Made by a program: the position numbers and the translations under genes | Shown here: piece after piece, positions 63,081 through 64,000 of the stretch | How positions within the stretch are numbered: the first letter of the stretch is position 1 | Layout: the number at the start of each line of letters is the position of its first letter | Notes under the pieces: model-generated | The model's input: only the letters and a program-made list of their open reading frames with translations | Told to the model about the DNA's origin: nothing | The model's database searches: none | NCBI GenBank assembly: GCA_039096225.1 | Contig: JBBPEB010000024.1 | Coordinates: 1-64,000, forward strand | Direction: 5' to 3' | Length of the DNA: 64,000 bases | From: Blastocystis sp. Blastoise | Lineage: Eukaryota > Protista > Bigyra: Opalinata

Positions 63081-64000
63081 TTTATTATTTTTTATTGTTA
63101 TTCAAATGTCTTTATTTTATATACTATTTGTCTATTATATTTAATGCGATGATACTATTGTTTGGGTATATTAAATACACGTCTTTCTATAAATTTGCTA
63201 AATATTAATCATTTTTTTAAAGTTTTAATTAATAAACTTTATTAACAATATATAAAAAATATTATTATGAACAAAATATTATATGGCTTTTATGTATAGG
63301 TAGTAAAATATATATTTTTTAATTTTATTGAATAAACAGGAGATAATCTATTTGATCATTTATTACATAAAGTATTTATTTAAAAAATAGATTCTATAAA
63401 TTTATTAATAACAACAAAAAAATGGTTAACATTGGTTAATAATTATCATAAACAAATACATATATATATTCATCAGAATAAAAGACATGCTGAATATGAG
63501 TAGAATACATTAAACCTATTTTATTTATTTACCAATATAATTACGTTCATAACCGTATATTAAAAAAAATTTAAAAATAAAATAAATATTATCAATATGG
63601 CTATCTTTGCTAATCTAGAAATAATTAAACAGTTATATATAATATTTTTACATATAAAATCATAATAAGATACTTTGCTGAATCAAGCTGAAAGATATAT
63701 TAATCTAAATATTTTCGTTATATAATTAATCATAAAATCTAAACTATACACTATTACTTAACAAAATTTATGTATTTTTCTAAATATCAAAAGGATAATA
63801 ATAAGGATAATAATAAATATAATAATAAATAAAATAATAAATAATAAATAAAAAAAATAAATAATTACAATAGTAATTCCAGGAGAGTTAATAATAACAT
63901 ATAATATTTGAGTATAAGAATTATATTGTCCATATTGTTCTTCTCCTTTCTTTAAGTGTATAAAATGAGTATGTAAGAAGATTGGTGTCTTATTCATTTC

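Overview
Very AT-rich eukaryotic (protist-like) DNA. Positions 1-44.9 kb hold two adjacent, homologous but diverged endogenous Polinton-like virus (PLV)-type elements. Element 1 (<1 to ~20.1 kb) runs off the left edge of the window, and no right terminus of its own is visible. Element 2 (~20,119-44,854, ~24.7 kb) is bounded by hairpin-containing terminal inverted repeats. Both encode two paralogous putative major capsid proteins, two minor-capsid/penton-like proteins, an A32/FtsK-like packaging ATPase, a cysteine protease, two GxG-rich core-like proteins, a Dam-type methylase and two different tyrosine recombinases. Element 1 also shows an AEP primase N-terminus, and element 2 an SF3 helicase. 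No protein-primed PolB or retroviral-type integrase is seen. The most notable observation is that in both elements the conserved N-terminal part of the protease lacks an ATG and lies in the -1 frame behind a conserved A_AAA_AAC slippery heptamer at the end of the core gene, suggesting a Gag-Pro-like programmed frameshift. Other signals: an 11-6-11 att-like architecture at the element 2 junctions, 35-44 nt spliceosomal introns in viral genes, a TGTTTWGTT 3'-end motif delimiting conserved multi-gene units, GATC avoidance in element 2 only, and a CpG-dense patch in the helicase. Element 2 carries several nonsense/frameshift lesions and an apparent primase/SSB deletion. Positions 44.9-64 kb are transposon-rich host DNA: a hAT transposase pseudogene, a TA-flanked MITE, an apparently intact En/Spm(CACTA)-like transposase with microsatellite-expanded introns, and tandem repeats. 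All assignments come from manual motif reading; no searches were run.
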